A DNA stretch of 64,000 nt from Sminthopsis crassicaudata. Taxonomy: Eukaryota. Position 1 is the first letter of the stretch. Every line of letters begins with the position of its first letter. A program made the translations under genes and the position numbers. Positions 37,170-50,391 of the stretch are shown here, piece after piece. The notes under the pieces were generated by a model. It made no database searches, was not told the DNA's origin, and saw only the letters and a program-made list of their open reading frames with translations. Location of the stretch: NCBI RefSeq assembly GCF_048593235.1, contig NC_133622.1, positions 252,468,055 to 252,532,054 on the forward strand. The letters are read 5' to 3'.

Positions 37170-38040
37170 GTGTCATCGGTAAGATTTAAGATTGACTTCT
37201 TGGGATTGTGGTGGATGATTGATCACTTACCAGTCTTTCATAGTTGATTATCTTTATGATACAGTTGTTTCCTGTGTAAATTGTCTTCCCAGGTGTTCCA
37301 GAAACCATCTCTTTCATTCCTTACAGCACGATGTTCACATTGATAATGAGATTGACACACACATTGCCAGAACTAGTTTAGTGGGAGTGGAAGGCAGAGG
37401 AAGTGTGGGAGAGGAGAGATTAAAGTGAAACTGAAGGTCCTCAGAACCACTGTGTTGCATGTCTGGGAAATCTGGGCACTCTACCAGCGGCGTGCCAGGA
37501 AACTCAATCGCTTCCATTTGAATGGTCTTAGTAAGATCACTTGGCAGGATAAAATACCAGACCCTGAGCTCCCTTTTAAAATTAAACCTCCCAGCATTCC
37601 AACTTTCCTGCAGAAAGCACAACTCCCCTGGGCTGGCTACATTGTTCAAATGCCAAATGTATGCTTGCCAAAAAAAAAATGATTTTATGGGGAACTCATG
37701 TAGGGCAAGAGCTCACAAGGTGGTCAGAAAAAAGCGGTACAAGGACACTCCCAAGGTCTCAAGAATTTTAGAATCAGTTGTATGACATGAGAGACACTGG
37801 CACAGGACCACCCAGCATGATGTGCCCTCATCAGAGAAGGTCCTGTGTTCTACGAGCAAAGCAGACTTGAATTGGCCCCAAAGAAATGGGAGATGTACAC
37901 AATTAGAGAAACTATCCCAAATGGGACATGCGTGTCCGCCCTATGGCAAAGCATTCCAAGCTTGTATTGGTCTGATACAGTCGCACACACTGTAACTAGA
38001 CACTGTCTAACATGGTGATATCATTTTGGTCTTCCTCGAG
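37170..38040 (+). mobile_element. RTE-type non-LTR retrotransposon 3' fragment
   Basis: Degenerate …ITWQDKIPD.E…, …LPWAG.IV.MP…, …KRYKDT.K… motifs. Confidence 0.7.
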
Positions 38041-38059
38041 TTCGAAGGCCACCCATCAA

Positions 38060-39275
38060 CTCGCCAGCTAATAACTTGCTGGTCCATTTGCCAGTTGATG
38101 GGCACTCCCTTGATATCTATTCTTTGTCACCATGAAAGAGCTGCCTAAATATTTTTGCTACATATGGGTCCTTTTCGTCTTTTGTTGATTGCTCCAGAGT
38201 GTCATCCTAGTTGCAGTATTGCTGGGTCAAAATGTATGCAAAGTTTAATAGACTGTTGAGCACAGTTCCAAATTGCTTTTCAGAATGGTTGGACTAGGGG
38301 GCGGCTAGGAAGCACAGTGGATAGAGCACCAGCTCTGAAGTCAGGAGGACCTGAATTCAAATCTGTTCCTGGGCAAGTCACTTAATCCCAATTGCCTCAG
38401 AAAAAAAAAAAAAAAAGCAGAATGGTTGGTCTAGTTTCCAGCCCTGTCAACAATGCATTTCTGTTTTCTCACAGACCCTTCCTTTGCTGTCATTTTAGTG
38501 TGAGATGGGAGTGTGTTGTTCTAATCTGCATTTCTCTAATTATTAGTGACTTAGAGCATTTTTTTTTAATATGGCTATTGATAGCGTGGATTTCTTCCTC
38601 TGAAAATGGTCTGTTCCTATCCTTTGACTATGTTGATCATAGAGGGTTTGGCCCCAATCCTTATAAATTTGATTCAGTTCCCTATATATCTTAAAAAATG
38701 AGACTTTTATGAGATAAATATTCTGGAGGTTCTCTCACCCACCCCCAAGTTTTCTTCACATTTAAATTGCATTGGTTTTGTTTGTGCAAAAACTCTTTAA
38801 TTGTATATAATCAAAATGATGCACTCTTCCCTTATCCATATATCTGACAAGTAATTTCATCCATACTTCACAATTTGCTTGTGATGTTATCATTTATGTC
38901 CCGGTCATGTATTTATTTTGAATGGTACATGGTATGAAATGTTGGTCTATACCTAGTTTCTGCTAGACTACTTTCCAGTTTTTCCAACACTTTGTTGAAT
39001 AGTGAGAGCTTGCCCAGATAGCTGGGATCCGTGGATTTATCAGACCCCAGGATAATGTATTCATTTGCACATTAGGTTGTATGTACCTAACCTATTCCAT
39101 TGGTCAACTATTCTATTTCCTGACACCATATTGTTTTGATGATTACAACTTCATGTATATGTATATGTATAGTTTGAAATCGAGTACTATTAGACTTCAT
39201 CCTTCTCTTTTTTTCCTTTTTCCTTTATCTCCTTTATATTTTTAACTTTTTGTCCCTTCAGATGAATTTTCTCTA
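38060..39275 (-). mobile_element. Old L1 ORF2 fragment containing a WSINE1 insertion (38298-38417)
   Basis: L1-like reverse sequence. SINE TSD cagaatggttgg(a/t)ctag at 38281-38297 and 38418-38434. Confidence 0.75.
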
Positions 39276-39281
39276 AAGCAA

Positions 39282-39958
39282 TGTGTTGTGATTTTAAAGA
39301 AAAGTTCGGATTCGCTCCTATAAAGGACGCTCTCAAGCTCAGTTAAAAAGTAAAAGTAAAAAGTTTTAATCAAATAAGACAAAGTATTGATAGTTTAGAT
39401 TTGCATAAAAAACCAAATAGAAATAAGAACAATTAACAATACGACAATTATAGCAGATAGAGGAAGAGAATACATCACCAACTCAAGGGAACCCACAAGA
39501 TCATCAAACGGCTGGGAGCCCCCCTTTTTCAGCCTTCTCAACTTGAGTTGTGTAAAGATTTTTCCGGGCGAAGCGTCCTCCTCACAGATGAGACTCTATC
39601 ATAATATGGGGCCCTGACCTTTTTATAGGTCTTTAGACAAAGAAGGATTTTTGCCAAAAAATTATATAAGGGTTTGGCACATACATCTGTGCAGGTGCGG
39701 GGTATGGGAGGGCTTCACTAGTTGATTCATTCCATATCGTCTGCATCTTGACAGTTCTTTATTAATTGCCTATGCTCAGGGAGGGAGCCACTCCTCTCTG
39801 GAGCATAAACATCTCTAGGAATGGCTAGTTCCTAGTATCTAGTGTCAAAAATATACAGAGTTCATGGAACGGTCAAGTTCCCATAATTTGGAAGCTCAGG
39901 CCTGTTAGATTTGAGTGAGCTTATAATTCTAATATGAAATTTTAAAATTTCTTATTCA
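39282..39958 (-). mobile_element. Solo LTR (677 bp), TG…CA, 5-bp TSD AGCAA
   Basis: AGCAA at 39277-39281 and 39959-39963. Minus-strand TATAAAA at about 39621-39628 and ATTAAA at about 39364-39369. Confidence 0.8.
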
Positions 39959-42900
39959 AGCAATTTTTTTTGGTTGTTTGGTAGTGCAGAAGATATGATG
40001 GCGGGCGGGTGCTGAGGGCCTTGGTTCTGGCCTTCCTGGAGCATCCAACCTAATGGAGACGGAAACTGCAACCATAGGCAGTGTTGGGGCTCCTTATGAG
40101 CTTCTCCCCTCCTCTTCACAAGGGTTAGGAGTGCAGCACTGCCATGATCTGGAATACCGGGTAATATTATTATTGTTCTTTTTTGTTCCTCCCTTCACAC
40201 CAGAGAAGTCTAATTTTTTTCTTTTTCTTTTATGGGTGTTTACAGTACCTTATTATAAAATGTGGCTTCCTCTTATACTACCTACATCTATTTTATGAAT
40301 TCCTGAGTTTCTAAACTCTTTGTGTGCTGATTGCTGGCCTTCCTGGGAAGTCCCCAAAACTCTTTACAAATTTATTTTTTTATGCTGAACCTCAATATAT
40401 CAGAATCATGATGGGGAAAGTCGAGATGTGGAGGGACAAGTGTACAAGCCACAAGAAGGAGAATCCACTCCTGGAAGGGCGATCATGGGAGATCCCTGTA
40501 CCTTGGGACTGCTCAGAAGACAAGACGACCATTTCCAGAACCATTCTCGTCATTGTTCAATTATTTTAGTCATCTCTGACTCTTTGTGACCCTGATTAGG
40601 GTTTTCTTGGCAAAGATATTGGAGTGATTTGCCATTTCCATCCCTATTTTATTTGTTGGAAGCGGAAACTGGGGCAAACAAGGTGAAATGACTGGCCCAA
40701 GGTCACAGAGAAGTGTTGAAGCCAGATTTGTCTTCCTGACTCCAGGCAGGGACTCTATCCATTGCTCCACCACTACAAAGCTCGCTCTTGGAATTCCTGG
40801 ACTAAAGAGAGCCTGGCCTTGGCTGGTCAGAGAGCTAGCCCTTGGGAATCTCTTGGATGTTGCACATCTGAGATGAAAATTAATTCCATGTTCTTCATTT
40901 GTACAAGCTTGTCTGCTTCCTCAGGGAATAGAAAGACAATAATGGGTGACTGGAGATATGTTACGTTCCCTTTCCTTGTCTCCAAATCCTTTGTGTCTTG
41001 AGCATTTTTGGGATTAATTCTTGCTCCAGACTTGGTACCTGCTGTATACACTGAATACCTTTTCTAGAAGGGAACCCTTTAACCCACATTTTGGCGACAA
41101 AACACTTCCTCATTGTGTGATCCTGGGCAAGTCACTTAACCCCAATTATCTCACAACAAATAAATTTACTAGAAAAAAGTTTAATAATAGTTTTTTTTAT
41201 TTTTCCCAATACATGCAAAGCTAGTTTTCAACTTGCAAAAACTTTGTGAGTGTAGACTTGCTTTTAAAAATACTTCACTAACTGTATTTTGATAGAAGCA
41301 GTTTCCTTTGCGTGCTATATTGGTTATTTTATGCACGATTCAGTGAGAGGTCCTCAGGCTTCCAAAGACCTCTAAAGGAGTCTGTGGTACAAAAATAGCC
41401 GAGTCTCTGGTTGAGGGCTAGTTGGAGTTCCAACCCTGCCTCTGACACACACAGCGCTGTCACCTTACATCAGACCGGTCCCTCCGAGCCTGGCAGGAGA
41501 AAACAAGGGGAAAGCAATAATTCCTGACAGCTCACGCCTGTGAGGGAGATGGCTCTTGTTCCTCCTTCTCCTTTGGCCCTTAAATCTTAGGCTTTTGTCG
41601 AGGGAAAATCCCAGATTCTGATTTCTTCCTGCTGGGGGAAAGTATGAGATATAAAATTACGAGGTTCGGTTTCATTCTCTTGTAGGCCAGAGTGTGACCC
41701 CCACACGGAAGAGCCAGATCTGCGCTCACTGCCCATTTATTTCCTGTTGCTGGGAATTCACAGTAATGAATCCACACTTGGAGCTGCTGGGCTGATCTGG
41801 CATTCAGAGCTGATGAACAGAGAATGAAGCAAACTTTAAAGACCGGTGGCAAGCTTGGGAATGGGGATTATTCCCTCTCCCCGAGGAGGGGAGAGGACGA
41901 TGTCACCTTCGGCTCCCAGCCAATCAGCGGCTCCAGCTCTCTGTCCCCTTGGGCCTGGGTGCCTTCTGCACGGTTTAGCGCCTTCCCTCCCGATCGGAAG
42001 GGCGATGCTGGCCCCCATCATGGTGGTGCTGTTACCCAGCTCCCTTCATCTCCCCATTTTTCTTACACTCCCTGGCCCTTTATCACAAAGGGCAGAAATC
42101 CTGTCCAGACCTCCCCGTCTAGTTTCGGTTCCTGTCCCTTCCAAGGTTCCCACTTTCCTTCCCCTTCAGAGAGAGAGAGAGAGAGAAAGAGAGAGCAAGC
42201 CACCTCTCTTGTCCTGGGACGGTGATGGGACTAAGTTAAACGAAGTGTTATATATTGTCTTTAGTCCAAAAACCACCTACACAAGAACAAATTCAGGGAA
42301 ATACGGCTGGATGGTGGTAGTTTGTCTGACAAGAAATCTAGGGGTGGGTGGTAGGGAGCTGGCCCATGGGGGAATGAAAGGCTGGCCCTCCCTGCAGACC
42401 TTCGCCCAGAGATGGGAGGGTCCCGCTCAGTGACGGCTCAGATGAAGTTCCTGATTGGGAACCCACTGGGCCAGATGGATTCTAAGCCAGTGGATCAAGC
42501 CGACCCAGGGCCAGTTGGTCTCATCTGGAATACTTGGTGTGTGAATCTATAAGGGCTGGTGAGATGGGGAATCCAATCCAAGGAATACCTATCAAGTCCT
42601 GCTGGGAACAAGAGCAGAGAATACAAAGAACAAAGTGGACCCTTCCCCTCAGGAAGTTTCTGTTCTACAGTAACGAACCAGGGACCACTTTTCAGGTGGA
42701 AGAAAGCAGCATTTATTATGTTGAATCGAGTTCAGTGGATTGCTTTTTAGAGGGAGGGACAGTCTCCAGAGCCAGGCAATCAGGCAGTCAGTCAACAAAC
42801 ATCTATTAAGTGGCTGCTGTATGCCACTCACAGTAAGGCCCTTCCTCAAGGAGCTGACATTTTGATGGGGGAGACATTGCAAATTAAGGAGGGTCAGAAG

Positions 42901-43416
42901 AGATAATGGAGCGTGAATGAAAGGAATCAGAAAGGGGAAGACCCTAGAGGGTGGGGAAGGTGGGGGGACCTCCAGTAACTAAATGGGTGACAGTGAGAAG
43001 GGCTCCATTTGGAGGTCCCAAGGCACGCAGGAATGCCAGGAGGCAGAGGAGATGAGGAGACAGGAGATATGGCCTCGGGCTCCAGGAATTGCAATCGGGG
43101 CCCAGTGAAGATGTGAGATTGGGCCGAGCTCACAGGCTGCCCAGCCCGACACCAGGGAGGGCATCTCCCTCTCATCTTTCTGAGTGGAGGCTTTGCCCAC
43201 CTCCCACAACCGCTTATTTTTGTGCAGGGACAACAATGATTTCTGTGGAAAACTGGCTTGTGGTTTCCTTGGAAGGCTAAAGGCCCCCCACCTTTGTTGG
43301 GTTTCCCAGCTGGCACAGTTCCTTCTCGACGGGTACAAAGGCAAAAGAGGAAGAGACCAAATTCCCAGCAGCCTCTCTGGGCCGTCATCAGTAGCCCTGG
43401 CTGAACTTCCCACCCT

Positions 43417-45850
43417 CTAGGTCTGGGTCTCTCCTTTCCTTGGCCCGGCAAAACTGACTCTGCGCCGGTAAGAGCCCGGCACCAGCATCTCCAGCATGAG
43501 CTCTGTGAAGATGGCCGTGAGCCCCCAGATACGGTAAGGGCCGTGCAAGAAGATGGGCAGTGTGTAGCTGTAGCGGCCCTGATGGCAGAAGTGGGTGTAG
43601 CCCTGGTTCCGCGGGTGCAGCAGGTGGGCCAGCGGCATTGTGAAAACATCATCCACCTGACAAGAAAGGACGTTGGGAACCATTAGATCCTGCACAGGGG
43701 GCGGCCGTTCTGTCCAATCATTCGAGGGGGCTCATTCCGGCCCTGAGGGCTACGGGAAGGCACAGAGGCCCTTGGGGACCTCCCAGAGGGAAGCTCCCCA
43801 GCTGGGGTGTGCATACTCTGGCCTCTACTCATTTGTGGGGGGCAGATTTGGGTCCAATATAAGGAAGAAACCCAACCCTCTTCCTAAGGGAACTTTACAC
43901 AGGAAACGCTTAACATGGGCTTGTTGCATTGAATGGAGTGTGGAAGGTGGGCTGCTTTGTGAGGTAGTGAGCTCCCCATCACTGGAGGTCTAAGTAAAGG
44001 CTCTAAAGGCAGCATGAGCAGGTGCGTTGGGCAGGGCCGGGCCTGGGGAGGCCTCTGGGCTGGGGGAGGGTGGCTCAGGGCTCACTCACCTCCTGTGGGT
44101 TAGGCGTGAGGTCCAGAGACTCCAAGGGCCCCACCTGGGCAATGACCGGGACCACGATGGAGTTTTTCTGTAAGCAGAACAAGGAGAATACCAAATCCAG
44201 AACAGGAAGGGACCTTGGAAGCCATCTTCCAGAAAAGGGAACTGAGGCAGGCAGCCATAGAGGAAGTGACTTGGCTAGGACCACATAGTGCCTGAACTCT
44301 GGGATTCCTGAGCCCGGATCCAGTGCCTGCTCACGGAGGAGTGGCTCACGGAGCTCAGCAGCAGAGCCTTGAGACTTCACGTGGCTCAGCACAGGGGTCT
44401 GGCTCCACATCTCTGGAGAGTGGAGAGACCGAGGCAGCTGCAGACCCAGGAGGCCCTTGAAGCATCCTGGGCAGGGCCTCAGGGAGGGCTAGAGCTTACC
44501 CTGTCATTCACTGGCTTCATGACACCCCACACGTTCTCCTCCTGGATGGACAGGCCCAGCTCTTCCCTTGTCTCCCGGAGAGCTGTGTCGACAATATCCT
44601 GGTCCTGAGGGTCACATTTGCCCCCTGGGAAACTAAAGCACAAAAGCATGAGAAGGCCCTTCATCCCCCACCCCTTATAGAGGGCCAACAAGCTCTGGGG
44701 GCACACAGGACAGGGGGATGGGCAAAGTGCCCACCAGGGGAGGGCAGTGGAGAAAAGGCTGGGAGGAGCTGACCTGGGAAAGGCAGATCTGGGAAAGGGG
44801 TATCTCCCATGCTAGACATGGCCTGGTCCTTCTGAGGATCACAAGCCCCTCCCTTCTGTGTTCTCCTCAGAAAGGTTCCTCCAGTTCTAATGTTCTAGGT
44901 TCCAAAGTCCTTCAGACTCTGACATTTTACATTCCCAAGCTCTTTTCAGCTCCGACATGTTGAATATCCCACATTCTACAATTCTTCCCTGCTCTGATAC
45001 ATGGTTCTAGGTTCTAAGGCCTCTCTCAGCTCTGGCACTCCATGTTCTAAGGCCTCTGCTGGTTCTCTGACATTCTTTATTCTAGGATTCTCCCAGTTCC
45101 CTGACATTCTATGTTCTAAAGCATTTTAGTTCTGGCATTCCCCATTCTAAGGCCTTTCTCTGCTCTCTGGCATTCTCTGTTCTACGTGTCCCCTCCCCCC
45201 ATTCTCTGACATTCCATGTTCCCATGTATGTGGTCCCCCCATCAGTTCCAACCCAACCCAAGAACAGCTCATTCACCCACAGCCAGCTCGCCGAGGGTCA
45301 TGAGTTTCTCCCCGGTCCCTGACTGGGCCTGCTCCTAGAACAATGGATGCCCCATCTGGCTGGTGCTGGCCCAACCACTGTGACCCAAGTGTCTCAAGTG
45401 CCTACTGGGAAACTTGGGCTGGACTTGGGGGAGACCCAAGGTTAGCAAGGGAACCCCAGGACTTGACTCCCTCGCCTAAGACTCTCCTCCTCGGGCTTGG
45501 GGGTGGCGAGGGTGGGGGCCGGCCCGCCCAAGAAGTCCTGCTCCTTGGGGAAGCTGGGTGGCCAAGTCTCGCCCAGGGTACCTGACGTCCCCTTTGTGCC
45601 TCCCCACGAGGCGGCTGGAGCGAAGCGTGTAGAGCAGGGATGGATCTCCGTGCACCAGGCACAGGGGCACCAGCACGGCCGCTGTGGCCTCCCGGTGGCG
45701 GTATTTGGCCGTAGTGGCCTCCAGCAGTTGTCGGCAGCGCAGTTCGTTGGCACTGGACAGGGCGTGGCGGGCGGCCTCTTCCGGGGTGGGGGGGCCATTC
45801 CCGCCCCAGGGGCCGGGCTGCCGGCTCGCCAAGCGCAATGTGGGCAGCAT
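43417..45850 (-). CDS. NUDT8: Nudix hydrolase 8 (CoA diphosphatase family), 4 coding exons, 239 aa
   Basis: Exons 45850-45582, 44632-44500, 44167-44090, 43656-43417 (720 nt). AAVLVPL and HKGDVSFPGG motifs, Nudix box [30 protein letters not shown]. Candidate polyA signal at 42712-42717 (minus). Confidence 0.95.
44870..45230. repeat. Degenerate tandem repeat (…gacattc…ttctaaggcct…) in NUDT8 intron
   Basis: Repeated ctctgacattc/ttctaag modules; similar modules occur at about 3430, 13250 and 26240. Confidence 0.55.
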
Positions 45851-46732
45851 GGTGCCTCGGAGCTCTGGGGAGGGAAGGAGGCTCAGTGAGATGGTGCCCT
45901 CACCTCCCCCTAGCTTGGTGCTGTCCACCACATGGGGCATGGGAACGGCTCATTTTGAGGAGGAGCAGAAGGAAGGCCCCAGCAGAATGAGCTCTGGATT
46001 GGGAAGCAGGGTTCAAATCGGGGTCCTGCCATAGCTGGGTTCTCTCCCCAGCTCTTGGTCTCCTCCTTCTTAAAGTCTCCATGGCCTACAGGGTCTGTGT
46101 CCCAGGGATCATAGAAGCCTGAGCACCATCTTCCCTGCTGACAATGGAACTCAGACTTCAGAGGGCACTCTGCCTAAACGATAAATGTCCTCCTGGGCTG
46201 GACTGCATCCACACCATGGGTGCCTGAACTTGTCCTCTTTCCTATTTCTGGGCCCCCCCCCCTTACCCTATTGGCCAATTCTCAGTGACTCTCTACTGCA
46301 GTGGCCTCCAACTGGCCTCCCTGCCTCCAGCCTCTTTCTCCCATTCAGGCCTAACTTCACATCAACGCCAAAGTGCTAGGGATAGCCCCCAATCTCCAAT
46401 GGCTCCCAGTTACCTCAAGTACAACCTTATCTAAGGAAGCACAACCTAAAAGGCCCAGCAGGCTTTTCTCTGTTTAGGACCCAGAGTCTCTTGACAGGCA
46501 CCTTCCGCTTTCACCAAACCAGCCTTTGCCAGAGTTTTACAGAGGCTGAAATGCACAATTTACAAATATTCTACTGGAGATCTCTGGCATCTTTCGGCTT
46601 TTACTCTTGGGGACATTCCCTGTCATTTCTGTGAGCGCCCAGACCGGCTGGGCCTGGTGGGCCCTTCTTTGGGCTTTAGAAGGCCCAGGTCCCTCAGGAG
46701 GCTGAAGGAGGCTCCCCTTCAAGCTTCCAGTC

Positions 46733-46962
46733 CTGGTCTCCTCCCAAATACAAAGTATCCAATTTGTATCTAGTTCTCCTCTAGGTCTCTTCCCAAATAC
46801 AATATATCCAATTTGTATCTAGTTCTCCTCCCAAATACAAAGTATCCAATCTGTATCTAGTTCTCCTACTGGTCTCTTCCCAAATACAAGGTAGCTAGTT
46901 TGTTATCTAGTTCCCTACTGGCTCCTTCCAAATACAATGTATCCAATTTGTATTTACTTCTC
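46733..46962. repeat. About 40-50-bp minisatellite (5 units) with internal inverted repeat
   Basis: Unit cccaaatacaaagtatccaatttgtatctagttctcct. Confidence 0.85.
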
Positions 46963-47699
46963 TTTGTTTCCTCTCCTTTTTGTCTCCAGTGTCCCACCCT
47001 GAGAATGGGAGCTTGCCCATTGCCTACACTTAAAGGATGCTGAAGAAGGGCCCTCTCACCAAAGGAAGGCTTTGAGATCTGCGTCCCCTGGGAACCCATC
47101 ACCACTAGGCTGGGCCAAGGCACAGGGCTTGGACCTGGAAACTTTGGGGGCCCTCAATGGCCTTCTTTGCACAAGGAAGGGCTAAAACTGGGAAATCTCT
47201 CTCTAATCCAGTTCTGTATTGTCTAGGACATGAGAGAGAATTGATCTGGAATCCAAACTGACACCGGCTGGCTCCCACTGGGGAAGTTCCTAAAATTAAG
47301 CCCCCTTGTCCACATCCCTGAAATTCAGATGATTGAACACTGGCCTCCGAGGTTTGTTGTGGGGGAATAAAATGAAATAATGGAGGGCCACTAGCAAAAT
47401 TTTGAAAGTATACAGTAGGAGCAGATTTTATGCTCCAAGGCTCCTACCAGCTGGAATATTTTTTCCGGCCCGGCGTTCTTCCCACAGGTCTCCGCCAGCC
47501 CGTGCAAATCTGAATTCTAAGACCCTCCCGTTTGATCTTTGAACTCTGGCGAGAGTACTCCCAGGCTCTGGAATCCGAGGACTTGAGTTCAAATCCCACC
47601 TCGGACACGAGCTGCGTCGCTAGGTCCCAATGGCCCTGGATTGGATACCCAATAGCCGGGCTGCCCCTCCGGGAGGGGCTCAGAGGCTGGCAGTGCCGG

Positions 47700-48300
47700 G
47701 GATGCCGCCCCTCACCCCAAGTTCCAGGCAGCTTATTTCCGGGGAGAAGGGTGGAAACCGCAAAGCGAGGCGGGAAGGTTGGGAGGAGGGGCGCCGCGAG
47801 AGGCGTCACGCTCAAACTCGGTCATTATCAGGGTCAGGGACAGGTCTGGCCCCAGGTCCTCGGCCCGGCCGGGGGTGGCGCGATGCCCAGGGCGGGCGGA
47901 CCGGGGTGGGGGTGGGGGTCTCTCCAGGGGAAGGGCGGGGGGAGATAGAGGAGCCCTTTTCCTGCTCCCCAGCACTGACCTGGGCCGCGGCGCCCGTTGC
48001 CGGAGTAAGATGGCTGCGGGGGCGGGGCGGGGGCGGGACCAAGGGGCCTGACTGGGACAGTAACCTAGCAGGAACCCCTAGCCCCGTGCCGGTGCACGAG
48101 AACAGGCGCTAAGGGAGGCGCAGGGGAGGGGGCAGGGGGGTCTTTCGGGGGCCGCTGCCCACAGCCCTGGGCCCCGCCCCCTGCCGCGAGGCGAAGACCC
48201 CGTCGGGGCTCGGGGAGTAGGAGGGGGCCTGCTCGCGGCTGGCCGGAGACCCAGGAGGGGTGGGGCGCAATGCCATGGGGAGGGCGGGGGCTCCTGGGAG
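47700..48300 (-). promoter_or_regulatory. NUDT8 CpG-island promoter with non-coding first exon (donor at 47974-47979)
   Basis: Minus strand GCAGCCATCTT (YY1/initiator-like, about 48007-48017), GC boxes at 48019-48038, and CAG|GTCAGT. A pyrimidine-rich acceptor lies about 15 nt upstream of the 45850 ATG. Confidence 0.6.
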
Positions 48301-50391
48301 CCCCACCCCCTTCCCTCCCAGAGCTCCTCCTGCGGACTTCTGAGCACTCTGGGCACGAGGTCCAGAACTGTCGTCCCCCCTTCTCCCGAGTCCTGTCTCT
48401 GTGACCCTGGATAAGTCCTGTCCTCTCCCCTCCCCTCTTAAAGAGGGCAGGGGTCATCTTGGATGACCTCCGAGGCCCCTCAGAAGCAATCAAAGCAGCA
48501 AGCTTTGATTAAGCGCCTACTATGTGCTCCCCGGAAGCTCCCGGTCTAATGGGGGAGGAACTTGGCAGACTTGCACCAGGGGGGATGGGAGCCTCGGATG
48601 CCAGCCACCTACACTTACTCACGTGGATGGAACTGGCCAAGACTGACTGAAGGAGGAGCCCCAATCAGAAAGGCTCACGTGGCCCCGGGGCACTGTCCCC
48701 CCAGCCCCAAGGCAACCCTCAATCCCTGCTGCCTCCCCCCCCCCCTGCGCCCTTTGGTGTCCTTCCCGTGTCAACAGGTGTCCAGCCTGTCTCCTGGGAT
48801 CCCCCAGGCCAGAACTTGGGGACGGTGGGGACGGTGGTCTGTCAGCCAGCCGCATGTCCCAGCACAGGCAGGGAGGAGATGGAACAGAGAAGTCTCTGCT
48901 CTGATCTGCGCCTTGTCACGTGACCCGAGTCTGGGTTTCTTCATGTGCACAATGGTTCTTATCCTGCTCAAACTCACACCTCCAGGAGGACCGAGGGGAG
49001 CCTTGGGAAACCTCTCTAAAGCCTCAGCCACTTACATGCCGATAATGTCGATGCTGAGCATTTCTCCAATTACAGCTGCAGCTCCCTGGCCTGCCTGGCC
49101 CTTCCCTCCCCACCACACGGGCCTCCTCCCCTGGGCCTCCCCTTCCCCGGGGCACTGTGGGACAGCCTTGGTTCGAGGAAGCTTTTCTTTAGCCTGCGCC
49201 ACTCTCCATTGCTCTAGGGCCAGGGGCAACCGGGCTCTGCCCACACCTCCAGCTCTGACTAGTGAGTGAGTGACTCCCTCACTTCCTCCTGGGAGAACAT
49301 GGGAAGGCAGCAGATGCCATCAGTCGGGGCAGAGGATGCTTCTGTATCAGCATCTCCTTATCCCATGAAGTCATGGCCGCCCCACCCCATGTTTCATCCT
49401 GCTCCTTTGGGTGCCCAGATCATTTTAGGTCCTGACTTTGTTCTCTGCTGTGTAAAGATCAGCTTTGGAGGGGAGCATAAAGGCGCCCGCAGACCCACAA
49501 TCAGTTTCACGATTGCACAATTCACGCCAGTGATTTAATGGCCAAGGAAGGGAACAGAGGCTCATTCCCCTCCCCCCTCCCCCCGCACCCCAGGCCCTGT
49601 GCCCCTCCGACTTGGGTCCTCCCTAAACCAGCAGAGCTCAGCATAGGGGAGGAGGGTGTGGGTCCCACAAAGACCCTTCAGAGGTCCCCCAGTGTGGCTG
49701 CAATCCGCAGCCTTGGGAAATGTTGGGGGGACAGAGGGTGGGACTGTAATTACACCCATTAGCCCAAAGACAATCCGTCTGGGGTATTCCTCGGGAGGTC
49801 TGGGACGTCAAGCATGGTGTTCGAACCTGACCTCTGACTCAATGGATCTGAGTCAGGCTCCCCAGTCTCCCTCTAGGGCAGGGAGGGCTGGGTCACTGAT
49901 GTTTTTCCCTTTAACCTGGCTGTGGGGGGAATGGGGAAAGGGGTAGGGGGTGGGGTTCAGACTGTGGGGGGAGGCACAGAGGAGCAGGGCCCTGGATGGC
50001 TTAGATGCTGCTCATTCACTTCAGCATAAATTCCATTTTAAGGCCCCCTTGGCTCCCTTCCCTGTCCCTGCCCCTGTCTTTGGGGAAGGTAGGTAATGGG
50101 TATGGACACAAGACATTGGAGAGGGGTCTTTTTAGGCCATTTTCTTCTCCCAAGGAAATTGGGCTTCAGTTTTCTCATCTGTAAAGTGGGTTCAAGGGGA
50201 AAGAGAGAAGAGATTTACTTGCCCCCTACAATAAGACAAGAAGTTGCAAAGACAGGGTTCAAAGTAGGGAGGAGGAAGCTGAATGGGGGGAGGGTTGCTG
50301 CCCAGCTGGGGTCTGGGATCCTCTAGGAAGTCATCTGAGGGGCTGTCAGCCCCCCACTCTTGCATTCAGCCCCAGGAGTGGCCCTGGCTGC

